Notes: generated by a model from the letters alone, not told the origin. Positions 8,643 to 19,043 are shown, counted from the stretch's first letter. The stretch: 64,000 nucleotides of DNA from Terriglobia bacterium (GCA_020073205.1 JAIQFR010000012.1:747-64746), one strand, 5' to 3'. A program made the numbers and translations.

Positions 8643-9695
8643 ATGCGCCGTCCGTCTTCAGCGAGCCGCCTCGTCTTCGAGGACCGCCTGCCGGACCTCC
8701 GTCCTCGCGGCGAGGCGCTCGTCATCTGCGACGCGAAGCTCCCGTCGCTCTCGGCGGGCCTCGCGCGGTGGCTCGTGCGGTTCCCTCGGGTCTATCCCGT
8801 GCGAGCCGGAGAGAAACTGAAGACGCTCCCGACGTTTCACCGCCTGGTGGAGTGGGCGGCCGCCACTCTCCCCGCGACCGATCGCTCGAGGCTCCGCGTC
8901 GTCGCGATCGGGGGCGGCTCCGTCGGCGACTTCGCCGGGTTCTTCGCGAGCGTGTGGCTCCGGGGAGTCGACCTCGTTCTGGTCCCCTCGACCTGGCTCG
9001 CCGCCATCGACTCCGCCCACGGCGGCAAGACCGCCCTGAACGCGGGCGGCGCCAAGAACGCGATCGGGACGTTCCACCCGGCGAGCGAGGTCCGACTCGT
9101 ACGTCGGCTCCTCGACCTTCAGGAGGCGGAGCGGGCCCGTGAGGCCTGGGGCGAGCTCGCGAAGATCGCGATCCTCGACGGGGGGGCGTGGGCCCGCGCG
9201 ATGGCACGGGATCCGGCGCCGGACGGCGAGCTGCTGTGGAAGTACCTCGAGCCCGCCGTTCGCGCGAAGCTCCGCGTGGTCGCGCGCGACCCCGAGGAGA
9301 GAGGCGGGCCGCGGCGACTCTTGAACCTCGGCCATACGACCGGCCACGTCCTGGAAGCCTGGAGCGGCGTCGCTCACGGCGTCGCGGTGGCTCACGGCGT
9401 CGCGTTCGCGGTCGCCTGGAGCGAACGCCGCGGGCTCCTGACGCGTCGTGCGGCCGGCGACCTTCGCGAGTTCCTCGCGACACGCCTCGGACCGACGGGG
9501 AGCGGCCTCCCTCCCGGCGTGCGCCCGATCCCGAGGCTCGCCGCCGCTCGCCTCCTCTCCCGCGACAAGAAAGCAATCTCCGCGTCCCGCGTTCGGGAGG
9601 TGTTCCTCGAGGGCTGGGGGAAGCCGCGGATCGAGGCGGTCCGATTCGCGGATCTCCTCGCCGAGATGGTGCGGCAGGGCTGGGTCCTGCCGTGA
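8643..9695 (+). CDS. aroB: 3-dehydroquinate synthase
   Basis: Listed ORF 7926..9695 was trimmed to ATG 8643. GGGSVGDFAGF, DSAHGGKTALN and NLGHTTGH are DHQS nucleotide/metal-binding motifs. The stop overlaps the next gene's GTG (GTGA at 9692..9695). Confidence 0.9.
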   Translation: MRRPSSASRLVFEDRLPDLRPRGEALVICDAKLPSLSAGLARWLVRFPRVYPVRAGEKLKTLPTFHRLVEWAAATLPATDRSRLRVVAIGGGSVGDFAGFFASVWLRGVDLVLVPSTWLAAIDSAHGGKTALNAGGAKNAIGTFHPASEVRLVRRLLDLQEAERAREAWGELAKIAILDGGAWARAMARDPAPDGELLWKYLEPAVRAKLRVVARDPEERGGPRRLLNLGHTTGHVLEAWSGVAHGVAVAHGVAFAVAWSERRGLLTRRAAGDLREFLATRLGPTGSGLPPGVRPIPRLAAARLLSRDKKAISASRVREVFLEGWGKPRIEAVRFADLLAEMVRQGWVLP

Positions 9696-12600
9696 GCCCG
9701 CGACGGCCGCCGCTCGACTTCGACGGCAAGATCCCGGCCTCGAAATCGATGTTCAACCGCGCCGCGGTCATCCGCTCGTTCGAGGAGCGCGTCGAGGTAC
9801 GGGGACGCTCGAGCTGCGACGACGTGCGGCGCCTCGAAGAGGCGCTCCGCGTGATGGGGACCGGCGCATCGCTCGACTGCGGCGAGGGAGGCACGGTCTT
9901 CCGCTTCCTGACCGCCCGAGCTTCGCGGATACCCGGACGCCACGAGCTCGCCTGCGGCCCTTCCCTCTTCGCGCGGCCGCACGACGGCCTGTTCGACGCG
10001 CTCGCGCCGCTCGGGATCCGCGTCTCGAGCGATCGCGCGAGGCGCGTCGTCGTCGTCGAAGGGCGCGGCTGGCGCGATCCGGGGCGTCCGGTCCGGGTCT
10101 CGCGGGACGTCTCGAGCCAGTTCGCCTCGGCGGTTCTGCTGTCGGCTTGGGATCTCCCCTTCTCCCTGACGCTGGAGGCCGGGCAGGACGGGCCGAGCGA
10201 GCCGTATCTCTCGATGACGCTCGAGATGCTGCGCCGCGCCGGAATGGAGTGGCGCCGGAGCGGAACCATCCTGAGCGTGCCCCCGATGCAGCACCCGGCG
10301 GCGGGGACGCGCCTTCGGTTGGAGCCCGACCTCAGCTCCGCCTTCGCGCTCGCGGCGCTCGCCGCCGTCGCCGGACGCGCACGAATTCACCAGTTCCCGG
10401 CGGAGTCTCTCCAGCCGGACGCCGCGTTCGTGGGGATCCTGCTTCGCATGGGCGCGCCGGTTTGCCGCGACCGGAACGGCGTGCTCGAGGTGAGGTCGCC
10501 CGCGGGCGGCGTGCGCGCGCTCGAGGGCATCGACGTCGACCTCGGCCGCTCGCCCGATCTCTTCCCGGTGCTCGCGGTCCTCGCCTCCTTCGCTTCGGGG
10601 CCGAGCCGCCTCGCCGGCGCGCCCCACCTCGCCCACAAGGAGTCGGATCGGATCCGCAAGACGGCGGAGCTCGTCGCCCTCGTCGGCCGCGAGGCGACGG
10701 TCCTTCCCGACGGGCTCCGGATCGAGGAGGGCGAGCCGCGTTTCGGAGCGGAGCGCGCGTACGATCCGGCGGGGGACCACCGTCTCGCGATGGCGGCGCA
10801 CGTCGCCGCCGCCGCCGGCGCCCCGATCGAGATCCTCCACAAAGAGGTGGTCGACAAGAGCTTCCCCGAGTACTGGCCGATCGTCCTCGGCGGCGGCCTC
10901 GCCGAGACGACGTTCCTCGCGGGGCAGCGGGGGGTCGGGAAGTCGTCCCTCCTGAGGCGGCTCCTCGTCGCGGCGCGAGACCGGGGGATCGCGCTCCACG
11001 CGCTCGACCTCGACGGAGAGATCGAGAGACGAGAGGGTGTCCCGATCCCGGACCTCTTCGAGGCGGGAGGAGAGGCGCGGTTCCGAGCGCTGGAGCGGCG
11101 CACGCTGGAAGCGGTCCTCGACGAGTTCGCGGCCGCGCGCCGCCGCGGGGAGCCGGCCGCGATCGCCCTCGGCGCGGGGTTCGAGGCGTTCGACCTGCCC
11201 GTCTTCCGCTCGCCGCTGACGAGGGTGATCTGGGTGCGGCGACGCACCGACGACGACGGCCGGATCTTCCTCGACCGGCCGCGGCTCGACGCGTCGGCCA
11301 CGCCTCTGGCCGAGTTTCGGTCGCGCGCGCGGGATCGTGGCGCACGGTTTCGCGCGATCGCCGACCGCGAGCTCGTGCTGCGCGAGGGCCTCCCCGAGAC
11401 CGCGGGCTCGGAGCGCGACCTCCTCCTCCTCGGCCGGGCGCGTCTCGGCGCGTGGCTCACGATGCCGCCCTCCGCCCTCGTGCGACCCGCGGGCATCGCG
11501 CAGTACTGGGAGGCGAGGCGGGACTGGGGGATCGAGCGGGTCGAGCTCCGCGACGACCTGCTCCCGCCCGACCGGATGCTCGCCGCGCGCGACGGGATTC
11601 CCGACGAGCGACTCGTCGTGAGCTTCCGCGTCCCCGGCGCTCCCGTCCCTCGAGACCTCGATCCGCCGATCGAGGTCGACTGGGCGCTCGAGCTGGGACC
11701 GCCACCCGAGGGACTGCGCCCGACGATCGCGTCGCTCCACGAGCGGCTCCCCGGCGAGAGCCTTAGGAGCGCGCTCGACCGGCTCGTTGAGACGGCCCCT
11801 GCCGGGACGCCGCGGCTCAAGGCGGCGCCGGAGGTTCGCGACTTCGCGGAGCTCGCGGCGGGCGACGCGTGGCAACGGCGCGATCCCCACCGCCGGTCGT
11901 TTCTTCCCCGCTCGCCGGACGGACGGTGGAGCTGGTACCGGCTTCGGCAGAAGGGCCGGCAGGCGATGGGATTCGTGCGGGACGGCGGGGACGCGGGGCC
12001 GGTGGGCGCTCCCGATCAGCCGACGCTGCTGGAGTGGCTCGACGAGCGGCCGGGCCTCTCACGCTTCGGCGCGGTGCTCGGCGACCCGGTGGCGGCGAGC
12101 CGCTCGCCGGCGCTCCACCTGGCGTGGGCCCTCTCGCGGGGGGCGTCCTACTACGCGATCCGCGTCGCCGAGACCGAGTTCGACGAGGCGATCGCCGTCC
12201 TGGAGCAGCTCGGCCTCGGGTTCGCATCGGTCACCGCTCCGCTCAAGCGCGCGGCGCTCCGTCTCGTGGGCGCCTCGGCATCGCCGCTCGCCGCCGAGGC
12301 CGGCGCCGTCAACACGCTGCTCCGGGAAGGGCGAGAAGCGGCATGGACCGGCGAGAACACCGACGTGCCGGGGCTCGCCGCTGGCGTCGAGGAGTGGAAG
12401 CGCGCCGAGGCGATCCCGGACTTGGCCGCGCTCCGGATCGCGCTGTGGGGTGGCGGTGGCACCCTCGAGGCGATGCGCCGCGCGTTTCCCGGTGCCGTGG
12501 CGTTCTCCGCCAGGACGGGACAGCCGCGGGACGGGAGCCTCGCTTCGGGCCCGTGGGACGTCGTGGTCTGGGCCGTGCCCCGCTCGCGCGCCGGTGCGTG

Positions 12601-12775
12601 CGTCGCCCCGGGTCCCGAGCTTGGGCCCCGCCTCGTCTTCGATCTCGACTACCGGGAGGACTCCCCCGGTCGGGAGTTCGCGCTGACGTGCGGGGCGAGG
12701 TACTTCTCCGGCCTGCATTTCCTGGAGCGGCAGGCGGCTCTCCAGCAGCGATTCTGGAGCCTCCATGAGCGCTAA
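9692..12775 (+). CDS. Tetrafunctional shikimate-pathway fusion: EPSP synthase (AroA) - shikimate kinase (AroK) - type I 3-dehydroquinase-like (AroD) - shikimate dehydrogenase (AroE)
   Basis: One uninterrupted frame; listed ORF 9188..12775 was trimmed to GTG 9692. AroA (about 9692-10890): IPASKSMFNR, GEGGTVFRFL, SSQFASAVLL, HKESDRI, DHRLAMA. AroK (about 10900-11390): Walker A GQRGVGKSS, DLDGEIERREG..IPDLF..GEARFRALE. AroD-like (about 11390-12045): VELRDD, ASLHE, RLKAAPE. AroE (about 12050-12775): GDPVAASRSPALH, SVTAPLK, GAVNTL, GENTDVPG, WGGGGT. Confidence 0.88.
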   Translation: MSPRRPPLDFDGKIPASKSMFNRAAVIRSFEERVEVRGRSSCDDVRRLEEALRVMGTGASLDCGEGGTVFRFLTARASRIPGRHELACGPSLFARPHDGLFDALAPLGIRVSSDRARRVVVVEGRGWRDPGRPVRVSRDVSSQFASAVLLSAWDLPFSLTLEAGQDGPSEPYLSMTLEMLRRAGMEWRRSGTILSVPPMQHPAAGTRLRLEPDLSSAFALAALAAVAGRARIHQFPAESLQPDAAFVGILLRMGAPVCRDRNGVLEVRSPAGGVRALEGIDVDLGRSPDLFPVLAVLASFASGPSRLAGAPHLAHKESDRIRKTAELVALVGREATVLPDGLRIEEGEPRFGAERAYDPAGDHRLAMAAHVAAAAGAPIEILHKEVVDKSFPEYWPIVLGGGLAETTFLAGQRGVGKSSLLRRLLVAARDRGIALHALDLDGEIERREGVPIPDLFEAGGEARFRALERRTLEAVLDEFAAARRRGEPAAIALGAGFEAFDLPVFRSPLTRVIWVRRRTDDDGRIFLDRPRLDASATPLAEFRSRARDRGARFRAIADRELVLREGLPETAGSERDLLLLGRARLGAWLTMPPSALVRPAGIAQYWEARRDWGIERVELRDDLLPPDRMLAARDGIPDERLVVSFRVPGAPVPRDLDPPIEVDWALELGPPPEGLRPTIASLHERLPGESLRSALDRLVETAPAGTPRLKAAPEVRDFAELAAGDAWQRRDPHRRSFLPRSPDGRWSWYRLRQKGRQAMGFVRDGGDAGPVGAPDQPTLLEWLDERPGLSRFGAVLGDPVAASRSPALHLAWALSRGASYYAIRVAETEFDEAIAVLEQLGLGFASVTAPLKRAALRLVGASASPLAAEAGAVNTLLREGREAAWTGENTDVPGLAAGVEEWKRAEAIPDLAALRIALWGGGGTLEAMRRAFPGAVAFSARTGQPRDGSLASGPWDVVVWAVPRSRAGACVAPGPELGPRLVFDLDYREDSPGREFALTCGARYFSGLHFLERQAALQQRFWSLHER

Positions 12776-13796
12776 CCGTTTCGGCGAGCGGTTCGAGATC
12801 CTCACCTTCGGCGAGAGCCACGGCCCGGGCCTCGGCGTCGTCATCGACGGGTGTCCGGCGGGCGTCCCGTGGGACGCGGCCCTGCTCGAGCGCGAGATGG
12901 CCCGGCGCCGCCCCGGCCAGGCGTTCGGTTCGGGACGCGCCGAGCCGGATCGGGTGGAGGTTTTGAGCGGCGTGTTCGAGGGATTCACCCTCGGAACGCC
13001 GATCGCGCTCCTCACACGAAACGTCGACGCGCGATCCTCGGACTACGAAGCCTTGCGGGACGCCCCCCGCGTGGGGCACGCCGACGACGTCTGGCTCGTG
13101 AAGTTCGGCCGGAGCGACCCCAGGGGCGGCGGACGCTCGTCCGGGCGCGAGACGGTGGCCCGTGTGATGGCGGGAGCGGTCGCCCGCATGCTCGTACGCT
13201 GCCTCGAGCCCCGAATCGCGGTCCTCGGCTACACCTCCGCGATCGGCCCTCTCGCGCTGTCGGACGTGGACCGGACCGGCGCGGCGTCGATGGACGAGGA
13301 CCGGCTCGAGGCGTTCCCGGCACGCTTCCCTTCCCCGACGCGGTCGGAGGCGATCGTGGAGCTTCTCGATCGAGCGAAGACGGAGGGGATGAGCTGGGGA
13401 GGGACCGCCGAGATCCTGGTCGAGAACCCGCCGGCGGGCCTGGGCCAGCCGGTGTTCCACAAGCTGAAGGCGGACCTGGCGTCCGCGATGCTGTCGACCG
13501 GCGCCACTGCCGCGGTCGAGATCGGCTCGGGTTCCGCGTCCGCCCGCGCGGAGGGGACGGCGTTCCACGACCCGCGTGCGGGAGGGAAGCCGTACGGCGG
13601 CATTCGGGGGGGGATCACGACGGGAGAGAGGCTGAGGCTCTCGGTCTCTTTCAAGCCGACGTCGTCGGTGCGTAAGTTCGCCAGGAGCGGACGCCACGAT
13701 CCGTGCATCGTGCCGCGCGCCATTCCGGTCCTCTGCTCGATGACGTGGCTCGTGCTCGCCGATCACCTGCTGTGGCGGCGGCAGGACCGGGTCTGA
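12765..13796 (+). CDS. aroC: Chorismate synthase
   Basis: FGERFEILTFGESHGPGLGVVIDGCPAG, GGGRSSGRET and the RHDPC-containing C-terminus are chorismate synthase signatures. It overlaps the fusion gene by 11 nt. Confidence 0.93.
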   Translation: MSANRFGERFEILTFGESHGPGLGVVIDGCPAGVPWDAALLEREMARRRPGQAFGSGRAEPDRVEVLSGVFEGFTLGTPIALLTRNVDARSSDYEALRDAPRVGHADDVWLVKFGRSDPRGGGRSSGRETVARVMAGAVARMLVRCLEPRIAVLGYTSAIGPLALSDVDRTGAASMDEDRLEAFPARFPSPTRSEAIVELLDRAKTEGMSWGGTAEILVENPPAGLGQPVFHKLKADLASAMLSTGATAAVEIGSGSASARAEGTAFHDPRAGGKPYGGIRGGITTGERLRLSVSFKPTSSVRKFARSGRHDPCIVPRAIPVLCSMTWLVLADHLLWRRQDRV

Positions 13797-13808
13797 GGGG
13801 CCGCGGGG

Positions 13809-14603
13809 CTACGGCGCGCGTCCGACCGCCGCGAGCACCGGCCCGAGCTCCCGCACGATCGCGCGGAACCCCTCGGGGGTCAGCGCCTGGAAGCCGTCGA
13901 CGCGCCCGCCGGTGGGCGACGGGTGGACCTCGACCATGAGCCCGTCGAGACCCGCCGCGGCGGACGCGAGGCACATCGGACCGATCAGCTCGGGGCGCCC
14001 CGTCGCGTGCGACGGATCGACGATGACGGGGAAGCTCGAGTGCTGCCGCGCCCAGACGGCCCCGGCGAGGTCGAGGGTGTTACGCGTCTCGGTCCCGAAG
14101 GTCCTGATCCCTCGCTCGCACAGGACGATCGACTCGTTCCCGGCGCCCGAGACGTACTCCGCGGCGAGCAGCCACTCCCTCAAGGTCGCGGCGAAGCCGC
14201 GCTTCAGGAGGACCGGCTTCCGCGTCGCCCCGAGCTCCTTGAGCAGGTAGGAGTTGTGCATGTTGCGCGAGCCGACCTGGAACGCGTCGACGTGGTCCAT
14301 GAGCAGCCCGATGTGATCGGGCGACGCCACCTCCACCAAGAACGGGAGGCCGGTCGCCTCCCGCGCGTCGTCGATCAGCTCGAGGGCTTCGGTTCCGAGC
14401 CCCTGAAAGGTCTTGGGGTCGGTGCGCATCTTGAAGACGCCGCCCCGCAGGACGTGGGCCCCGTCCTCACGCAGGCGCCGCGCGACCGAGAGGAGCTGCT
14501 CGCGCGACTCGACCGCGCACGGACCCGCGATCAGCGCGAAGCGCTGGCCGCCGAAGCGCGCTCCGCCGATCCCGACGATCCTCGTGTCCGACTCGACCCT
14601 CAT
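13809..14603 (-). CDS. 3-deoxy-7-phosphoheptulonate (DAHP) synthase, class I-beta-like
   Basis: Listed ORF 13809..14792 was trimmed to ATG 14603 (MRVESDTRIVGIGG); an upstream in-frame ATG (MLRSRG...) is possible. LIAGPCAVES, GGVFKMRTDPKTFQGLG, FQVGSRNMHN and IVDPSHA fit the DAHPS/KDO8PS-fold I-beta family. The pathway context supports DAHPS. Confidence 0.85.
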   Translation of the reverse strand: MRVESDTRIVGIGGARFGGQRFALIAGPCAVESREQLLSVARRLREDGAHVLRGGVFKMRTDPKTFQGLGTEALELIDDAREATGLPFLVEVASPDHIGLLMDHVDAFQVGSRNMHNSYLLKELGATRKPVLLKRGFAATLREWLLAAEYVSGAGNESIVLCERGIRTFGTETRNTLDLAGAVWARQHSSFPVIVDPSHATGRPELIGPMCLASAAAGLDGLMVEVHPSPTGGRVDGFQALTPEGFRAIVRELGPVLAAVGRAP

Positions 14604-14751
14604 CCGCTCCCCAGGGGGGTTCCCCCGCGACCGCAACATCGTACCGGGTGGGACAGGCCGTGTCGACGTCTCCGTTATGATCGTACCCGGCCTCTCCGGG
14701 GCCCGGTCGCGCCGATCGCGCGGGGCGATCCCGGAGTGCGGATCCCGAGCC

Positions 14752-15807
14752 ATGCGCTCCGCCGTCGCGTTCGTCGAGACGTCGCCCGGCACCCTCGCGG
14801 TCGCCGAGGGGGATCTGCGCCGGCTCGCGAGCCCGCCCGACGGGGTGGGGGCTTTCTACGCGCCCGACTTCCGGCTCGCCGACCCCGCGCCCTGGCGGGT
14901 TCCGACCTCCGAGGCCCGCGCCACCCTCCCGTTGCGCGCCTTTCTCGAGGAGTTCTCGCGGCGGGGCCCGGCGGGATCGCTCCCGGAGTGGACCGCTCCC
15001 GACGAGCCCAGGTTCGTGCGCGCCTACCGCTCGCTCGCCGCGTCGTTCGCGCGCGGCGATCTCCTCAAAGGGGTCCCGGTCACGCGGGCCTGCGCGGCGT
15101 GGCCCGACGACGAAGCGGAGCCGCTGTTCCGGCGGCTCCTGTCGAGGATCGGCTCGCTGCCCGAGGGGCTGCACCCTTACGGCCTCCTGGGTCCCGCGCG
15201 CGATGGCGCGGGGTCCGAGTTCATCGTCGGCGCGACCCCCGAGATCCTCTTCGATCGTCGGGGACGCGGCACGATCCGGTCGGAGGCGATCGCGGGAACT
15301 CGCGTCGTCGGGTCGGCGGCGCCGCCGCTCCTCTCCGACCCGAGGATCCGCGAGGAGCACGGTCGCGTCGTCCACGACCTCGTCGAGCGGATGTCGCTCT
15401 GGGGCCCTCCCGAGGCGACCGCTCCGCGGCCGTGCGCCTTCGGGACGCTCGAGCACCTCGTGTCCGTCGTCGGGATCGAGACGGCCGGCGGGCCTGCCTT
15501 CGACGAGATCGCGCGGCACCTCCATCCGACCGCGGCGCTCGGGAGCTACCCGCGAGGCGCCGCGGGATCGCGCTGGCTCGAGGAGATCGACCCTCTGGGC
15601 GAGCGAGGGAGCTTCGGCGCCCCGTTCGGATTCAGGTACCCCGACGGGACCGGCCGCTGTCTGGTCGCGATCCGAGGAATCCGTTACCTTGGCGGGAGGC
15701 TCGAGATCTGGGCGGGGTGCGGGGTCGTCCCCTCGAGCCGTTACGACGACGAGTGGCGGGAGGCGTGCGACAAGATCCGGGCCGTGAGGTCGTTGTGGGG
15801 GATCTGA
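14752..15807 (+). CDS. menF: Isochorismate synthase (short MenF type)
   Basis: Listed ORF 14413..15807 was trimmed to ATG 14752. GATPEILF, AIAGT, REEHGRVV, HPTAALGSYP and AGCGVVPSS...E are chorismate-binding enzyme motifs. It sits immediately upstream of menD. Confidence 0.85.
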   Translation: MRSAVAFVETSPGTLAVAEGDLRRLASPPDGVGAFYAPDFRLADPAPWRVPTSEARATLPLRAFLEEFSRRGPAGSLPEWTAPDEPRFVRAYRSLAASFARGDLLKGVPVTRACAAWPDDEAEPLFRRLLSRIGSLPEGLHPYGLLGPARDGAGSEFIVGATPEILFDRRGRGTIRSEAIAGTRVVGSAAPPLLSDPRIREEHGRVVHDLVERMSLWGPPEATAPRPCAFGTLEHLVSVVGIETAGGPAFDEIARHLHPTAALGSYPRGAAGSRWLEEIDPLGERGSFGAPFGFRYPDGTGRCLVAIRGIRYLGGRLEIWAGCGVVPSSRYDDEWREACDKIRAVRSLWGI

Positions 15808-15818
15808 GCGCTCCCGGG

Positions 15819-17411
15819 GTGCCGGGTGCGGAAGGCGGGGTCAACGAGGCGCTCGCGATCGAGATCGTCGAGCGGCTGTGGCGATCCGGCGTGCGCACCT
15901 TCTGCGTATGCCCGGGGGGACGGAACGCGCCGATCGTGGAGGTCCTCGACGCGCTGCCTCGCGACCGCGCGTCGGTGCTCGGATTCTTCGAGGAGCGCGC
16001 GGCGGCGTTCTTCGCGCTCGGCCGCGCGCGCCGCGATCGCGCCCCCGTCGCGGTCGTGACCACCTCGGGCACCGCGGCGGCCGAGCTGCTGCCGGCCGCC
16101 GTCGAGGCGTTCTACGCGGGGGTACCGCTGGTCCTCGTCACCGGGGACCGCCCGGCCTCGTACCGAGGGACCGGCGCGCCGCAATCGATCGAGCAGGCGG
16201 ACCTCCTCGGGCGCCACGTCGCGCGCGCGATCGACCTCGACCGGCCGGGGACGTCTTGGAGCCTCGGCGATCCGCGGGGCCCCGTTCACGTCAACGCGTG
16301 CTTCGACGAGCCGCTTCCCGGCGCGCGCGCCGGGGCCGGCCCGCTCCTCGAGGAGCGGCCAAGAGGCCTGCCGCCGTCCCCCGCCGACGCCGCGATCGCG
16401 CGCGAGGTCGGCACCTTCCTCAGGAGCCACGATCGTCCTCTCGTCGTCGTGGGGCCGCTCGACGACGAGCGCGACGCGGCGGACGTGCTGGCCTTCTGCC
16501 GCTCCCTCGGGGCGCCGGTCATCGTCGAGGCGTCGTCCGGTCTTCGGGAGCGTGTCGGCGCGCTCCGGCTCCGGGGTGGGAACCTGTCCGCCCGACTCGC
16601 GCTCGACCGCGGCGAGGTGAACGCGGTCCTTCGCCTCGGCGGCGTGCCGTCGTTTCGCGTCTGGCGCGATCTCGAGGCCGCGATCGCGGCGCCGGTCCTG
16701 TCGCTGTCGCGGTGGCGGTGGAGCGGGCTCACGCGTGGGCGCCATCTCGAGGTGCACTCCGGCGGGCCGTTGCCGCTCTCCCGCGTCGAAGCGGCGATCT
16801 CGCCGGCCGCCTTCGCGGCGACCTTCGCGCGCGACCGCGCGATCGCGTCGAGGGCGAAGGCGCTCGTCGAGCGGTTCCCCTTCAGCGAGCCCGCGCTCGT
16901 GCGGCGTCTGTCGCTCGCGATCCCGCGAGGAGCGCTCGTCTACCTCGGAAACAGCCTCCCGATCCGGGAGTGGAACGAGTACGCGGGGGAGGAGGATCGC
17001 GGCTTGAGGGTGCGGGACAGCCGCGGCGCCAACGGCATCGACGGGCAGGTGTCGACGTTCCTCGGCCTCGCCGGGCCCGATCGCGAGAGCTGGGCGATCG
17101 TCGGTGACCTGACCGCCCTCTACGATCTCGCGTCGCTCTGGGCCTTGAGGCACCTCGAAGGCCACGTGGTCCGGATCGTCGTCGTGAACAACGGGGGAGG
17201 ACGGATCTTCGAGCGGATGTTCCCCAATCCCGTCTACCAGAACCGTCACGCCCTTCGCTTCGAGGCGTGGGCGAAGCTGTTCGACGCCGACTACCGCGAG
17301 GGAGTCCCCGACGCGCCCCTCGGCCGATTCGCGGTCGTCGAGTGTCGGCCCGACGATGCCGAGACGGCGGCCTTCTGGACCGAGCTGAGGCGCGGGGCGG
17401 TCCCGCCATGA
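15819..17411 (+). CDS. menD: 2-succinyl-5-enolpyruvyl-6-hydroxy-3-cyclohexene-1-carboxylate (SEPHCHC) synthase
   Basis: This is the C-terminal part of listed ORF 13923..17411. GTG 15819 (alternative GTG 15795) precedes [30 protein letters not shown]...[10 protein letters not shown]...VTGDRP and the ThDP motif GDLTALYDL...NNGGGRIF. Confidence 0.88.
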   Translation: MPGAEGGVNEALAIEIVERLWRSGVRTFCVCPGGRNAPIVEVLDALPRDRASVLGFFEERAAAFFALGRARRDRAPVAVVTTSGTAAAELLPAAVEAFYAGVPLVLVTGDRPASYRGTGAPQSIEQADLLGRHVARAIDLDRPGTSWSLGDPRGPVHVNACFDEPLPGARAGAGPLLEERPRGLPPSPADAAIAREVGTFLRSHDRPLVVVGPLDDERDAADVLAFCRSLGAPVIVEASSGLRERVGALRLRGGNLSARLALDRGEVNAVLRLGGVPSFRVWRDLEAAIAAPVLSLSRWRWSGLTRGRHLEVHSGGPLPLSRVEAAISPAAFAATFARDRAIASRAKALVERFPFSEPALVRRLSLAIPRGALVYLGNSLPIREWNEYAGEEDRGLRVRDSRGANGIDGQVSTFLGLAGPDRESWAIVGDLTALYDLASLWALRHLEGHVVRIVVVNNGGGRIFERMFPNPVYQNRHALRFEAWAKLFDADYREGVPDAPLGRFAVVECRPDDAETAAFWTELRRGAVPP

Positions 17412-18196
17412 CGCCTCCCCCGCGGTTCCTGGTGGTGGCGATCCACGGGTTTCTCGGCCGGCCGTCGGACTGGGATCCCGTCGTCCCGCACCTCCCGCGG
17501 GCACGCCTCCGTCCCATCGACCTGTGGCCGGTCTTGGACGGCACTCGCGCGGGGTGGGACACCGTCGGCGCGTCCCTCGGGCGCGCCGTCGACGACGTGC
17601 TGGCCCGCGACACGCTGCGTCCCGCGATCCTCGCCGCCTACTCGTTCGGTGCGCGACTCGCGCTCGCCGTCCCCGGGCTCGATGCGGGCGAGGGGGCGCT
17701 CGCCGCCGCCTGCCTCGTCTCGGCCCACCCGGGTCTTTCCGACGAGAGGTCCCGCCTCGCGCGGAGGGCGGCCGACCGCGAGTGGGCGCGGCGGCTCCTC
17801 GAGGATCCGGAAGAGGACGTGCTGCGCGACTGGGACGCGCAGCCGGTGCTGGCACGGAGCGGCGCGCGGGGCGCGGGGCGCCGGTTTCCCGCCTCGCGCG
17901 AGACGCTCGCCGCGGCGATGACGGGGCTCTCCCTCGCGGAGCAGCCCGACTTCAGGCCCCGCCTGGCCGCGTGGCGGGCGCCGCTCCTCTGGATCGCCGG
18001 GGGGGACGACGCGAAGTTCGCGGGTCTCGCCGGCGAGATCGCGGCGATCGGGCTCGCCGCGGACGTCGAGATCGTCGCGGGGGCCGGCCATCGCGTTCCC
18101 TTCGACGCGCCCGCCGCGTTCGCGAGGGCCTTCACGAGCTGGGTCGACAAGCGCGTCCCGCGCCGCGGCGACGCCGACGGGACGAGGAGGACGTGA
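17408..18196 (+). CDS. menH: Alpha/beta hydrolase, SHCHC synthase candidate
   Basis: ATG 17408 overlaps the menD stop (ATGA). [10 protein letters not shown], nucleophile elbow [10 protein letters not shown] and C-terminal [11 protein letters not shown] are present. Position between menD and menB supports the call. Confidence 0.8.
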   Translation: MTPPPRFLVVAIHGFLGRPSDWDPVVPHLPRARLRPIDLWPVLDGTRAGWDTVGASLGRAVDDVLARDTLRPAILAAYSFGARLALAVPGLDAGEGALAAACLVSAHPGLSDERSRLARRAADREWARRLLEDPEEDVLRDWDAQPVLARSGARGAGRRFPASRETLAAAMTGLSLAEQPDFRPRLAAWRAPLLWIAGGDDAKFAGLAGEIAAIGLAADVEIVAGAGHRVPFDAPAAFARAFTSWVDKRVPRRGDADGTRRT

Positions 18197-19026
18197 TGGA
18201 GGTGGGCCAGACGGCGTGGGAAACGGTCAAGGAGTACGAGGACATCCGGTTCCTCAAGACGGCGGACGGCGTCGCCAAGGTGGTGATCGACCGGCCGGAG
18301 CGGCGGAACGCGTTCCGCCCGCGGACGGTGGCCGAGCTGATCGACGCTTTCGAGACGTGTCGCGAGGATCCGTCGATCGGCGTCGTCATCCTGACGGGAG
18401 CCGGGGACAAGGCGTTCTGCTCGGGGGGTGACCAGAAGATCCGCGGCGACCAAGGGTACCTGGACGAGCGCGGGGTGCCGCGGCTGAACGTCCTCGACCT
18501 GCAGAAGCTGATCCGTTCGCTCCCGAAGCCGGTCATCGCGATGGTGGCAGGGTACGCGGTCGGCGGAGGCCACGTGCTGCACGTGGTGTGCGACCTGACG
18601 ATCGCGGCCGACAACGCCGTGTTCGGCCAGTCCGGGCCGAAGGTCGGCTCTTTCGACGGCGGCCTCGGATCGAGCTACCTGGCGCGGATCGTCGGACAGA
18701 AGAAGGCGCGGGAGATCTGGTACCTCTGCCGCCGGTACGACGCGCGGCAGGCGCTCGACATGGGGCTCGTCAACCACGTCGTGCCGCTCGCCGACCTCGA
18801 GCGAGTCACCCTCGAGTGGGCCCGCGAGATCCTGGAGCACTCTCCCCTCGCGATCCGCTGCCTCAAGGCGGCGCTCAACGCCGACTGCGACGGACAGATC
18901 GGGCTCCTCGATCTCGCGGGGAACGCGACGCTCCTCTACTACATGTCGGAGGAGGCGAAGGAGGGGAGGAAGGCGTTCGTGGAGAAGCGGAAGCCGGACT
19001 TCAGGAAGTTCACCCGCGTTCCCTGA
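18196..19026 (+). CDS. menB: 1,4-dihydroxy-2-naphthoyl-CoA synthase
   Basis: ATG 18196 overlaps the menH stop by 1 nt. [39 protein letters not shown] and [21 protein letters not shown] are classic MenB crotonase-fold motifs. Confidence 0.95.
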   Translation: MEVGQTAWETVKEYEDIRFLKTADGVAKVVIDRPERRNAFRPRTVAELIDAFETCREDPSIGVVILTGAGDKAFCSGGDQKIRGDQGYLDERGVPRLNVLDLQKLIRSLPKPVIAMVAGYAVGGGHVLHVVCDLTIAADNAVFGQSGPKVGSFDGGLGSSYLARIVGQKKAREIWYLCRRYDARQALDMGLVNHVVPLADLERVTLEWAREILEHSPLAIRCLKAALNADCDGQIGLLDLAGNATLLYYMSEEAKEGRKAFVEKRKPDFRKFTRVP

Positions 19027-19043
19027 CACGCGGGAGGACGGAG

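Noticed and set aside
9392-11890. 832-aa minus-strand ORF and the 772-aa plus-strand ORF 9448..11766 over the aro fusion gene
   Set aside because: Both are Arg/Pro/Gly-rich. The accepted frame carries ordered AroA, AroK, AroD and AroE motifs.
13923-15818. N-terminal 630 codons of listed ORF 13923..17411, and similar long N-terminal extensions of ORFs 7926..9695, 9188..12775, 14413..15807, 17524..19026, 18588..19943, 19067..21196, 32808..34427, 39921..41327, 45729..47477, 50832..52739, 52761..54842, 52965..54875 and 54892..56889
   Set aside because: The extensions overlap well-supported upstream genes and are Arg/Pro-rich. Internal starts with RBS-like sequences or 1-4-nt stop/start overlaps give proteins that begin where the family domains begin.
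15741-17855. 704-aa minus-strand ORF over menD/menH
   Set aside because: It has shadow-ORF composition. The plus strand encodes the MenD ThDP motifs and the MenH hydrolase motifs.
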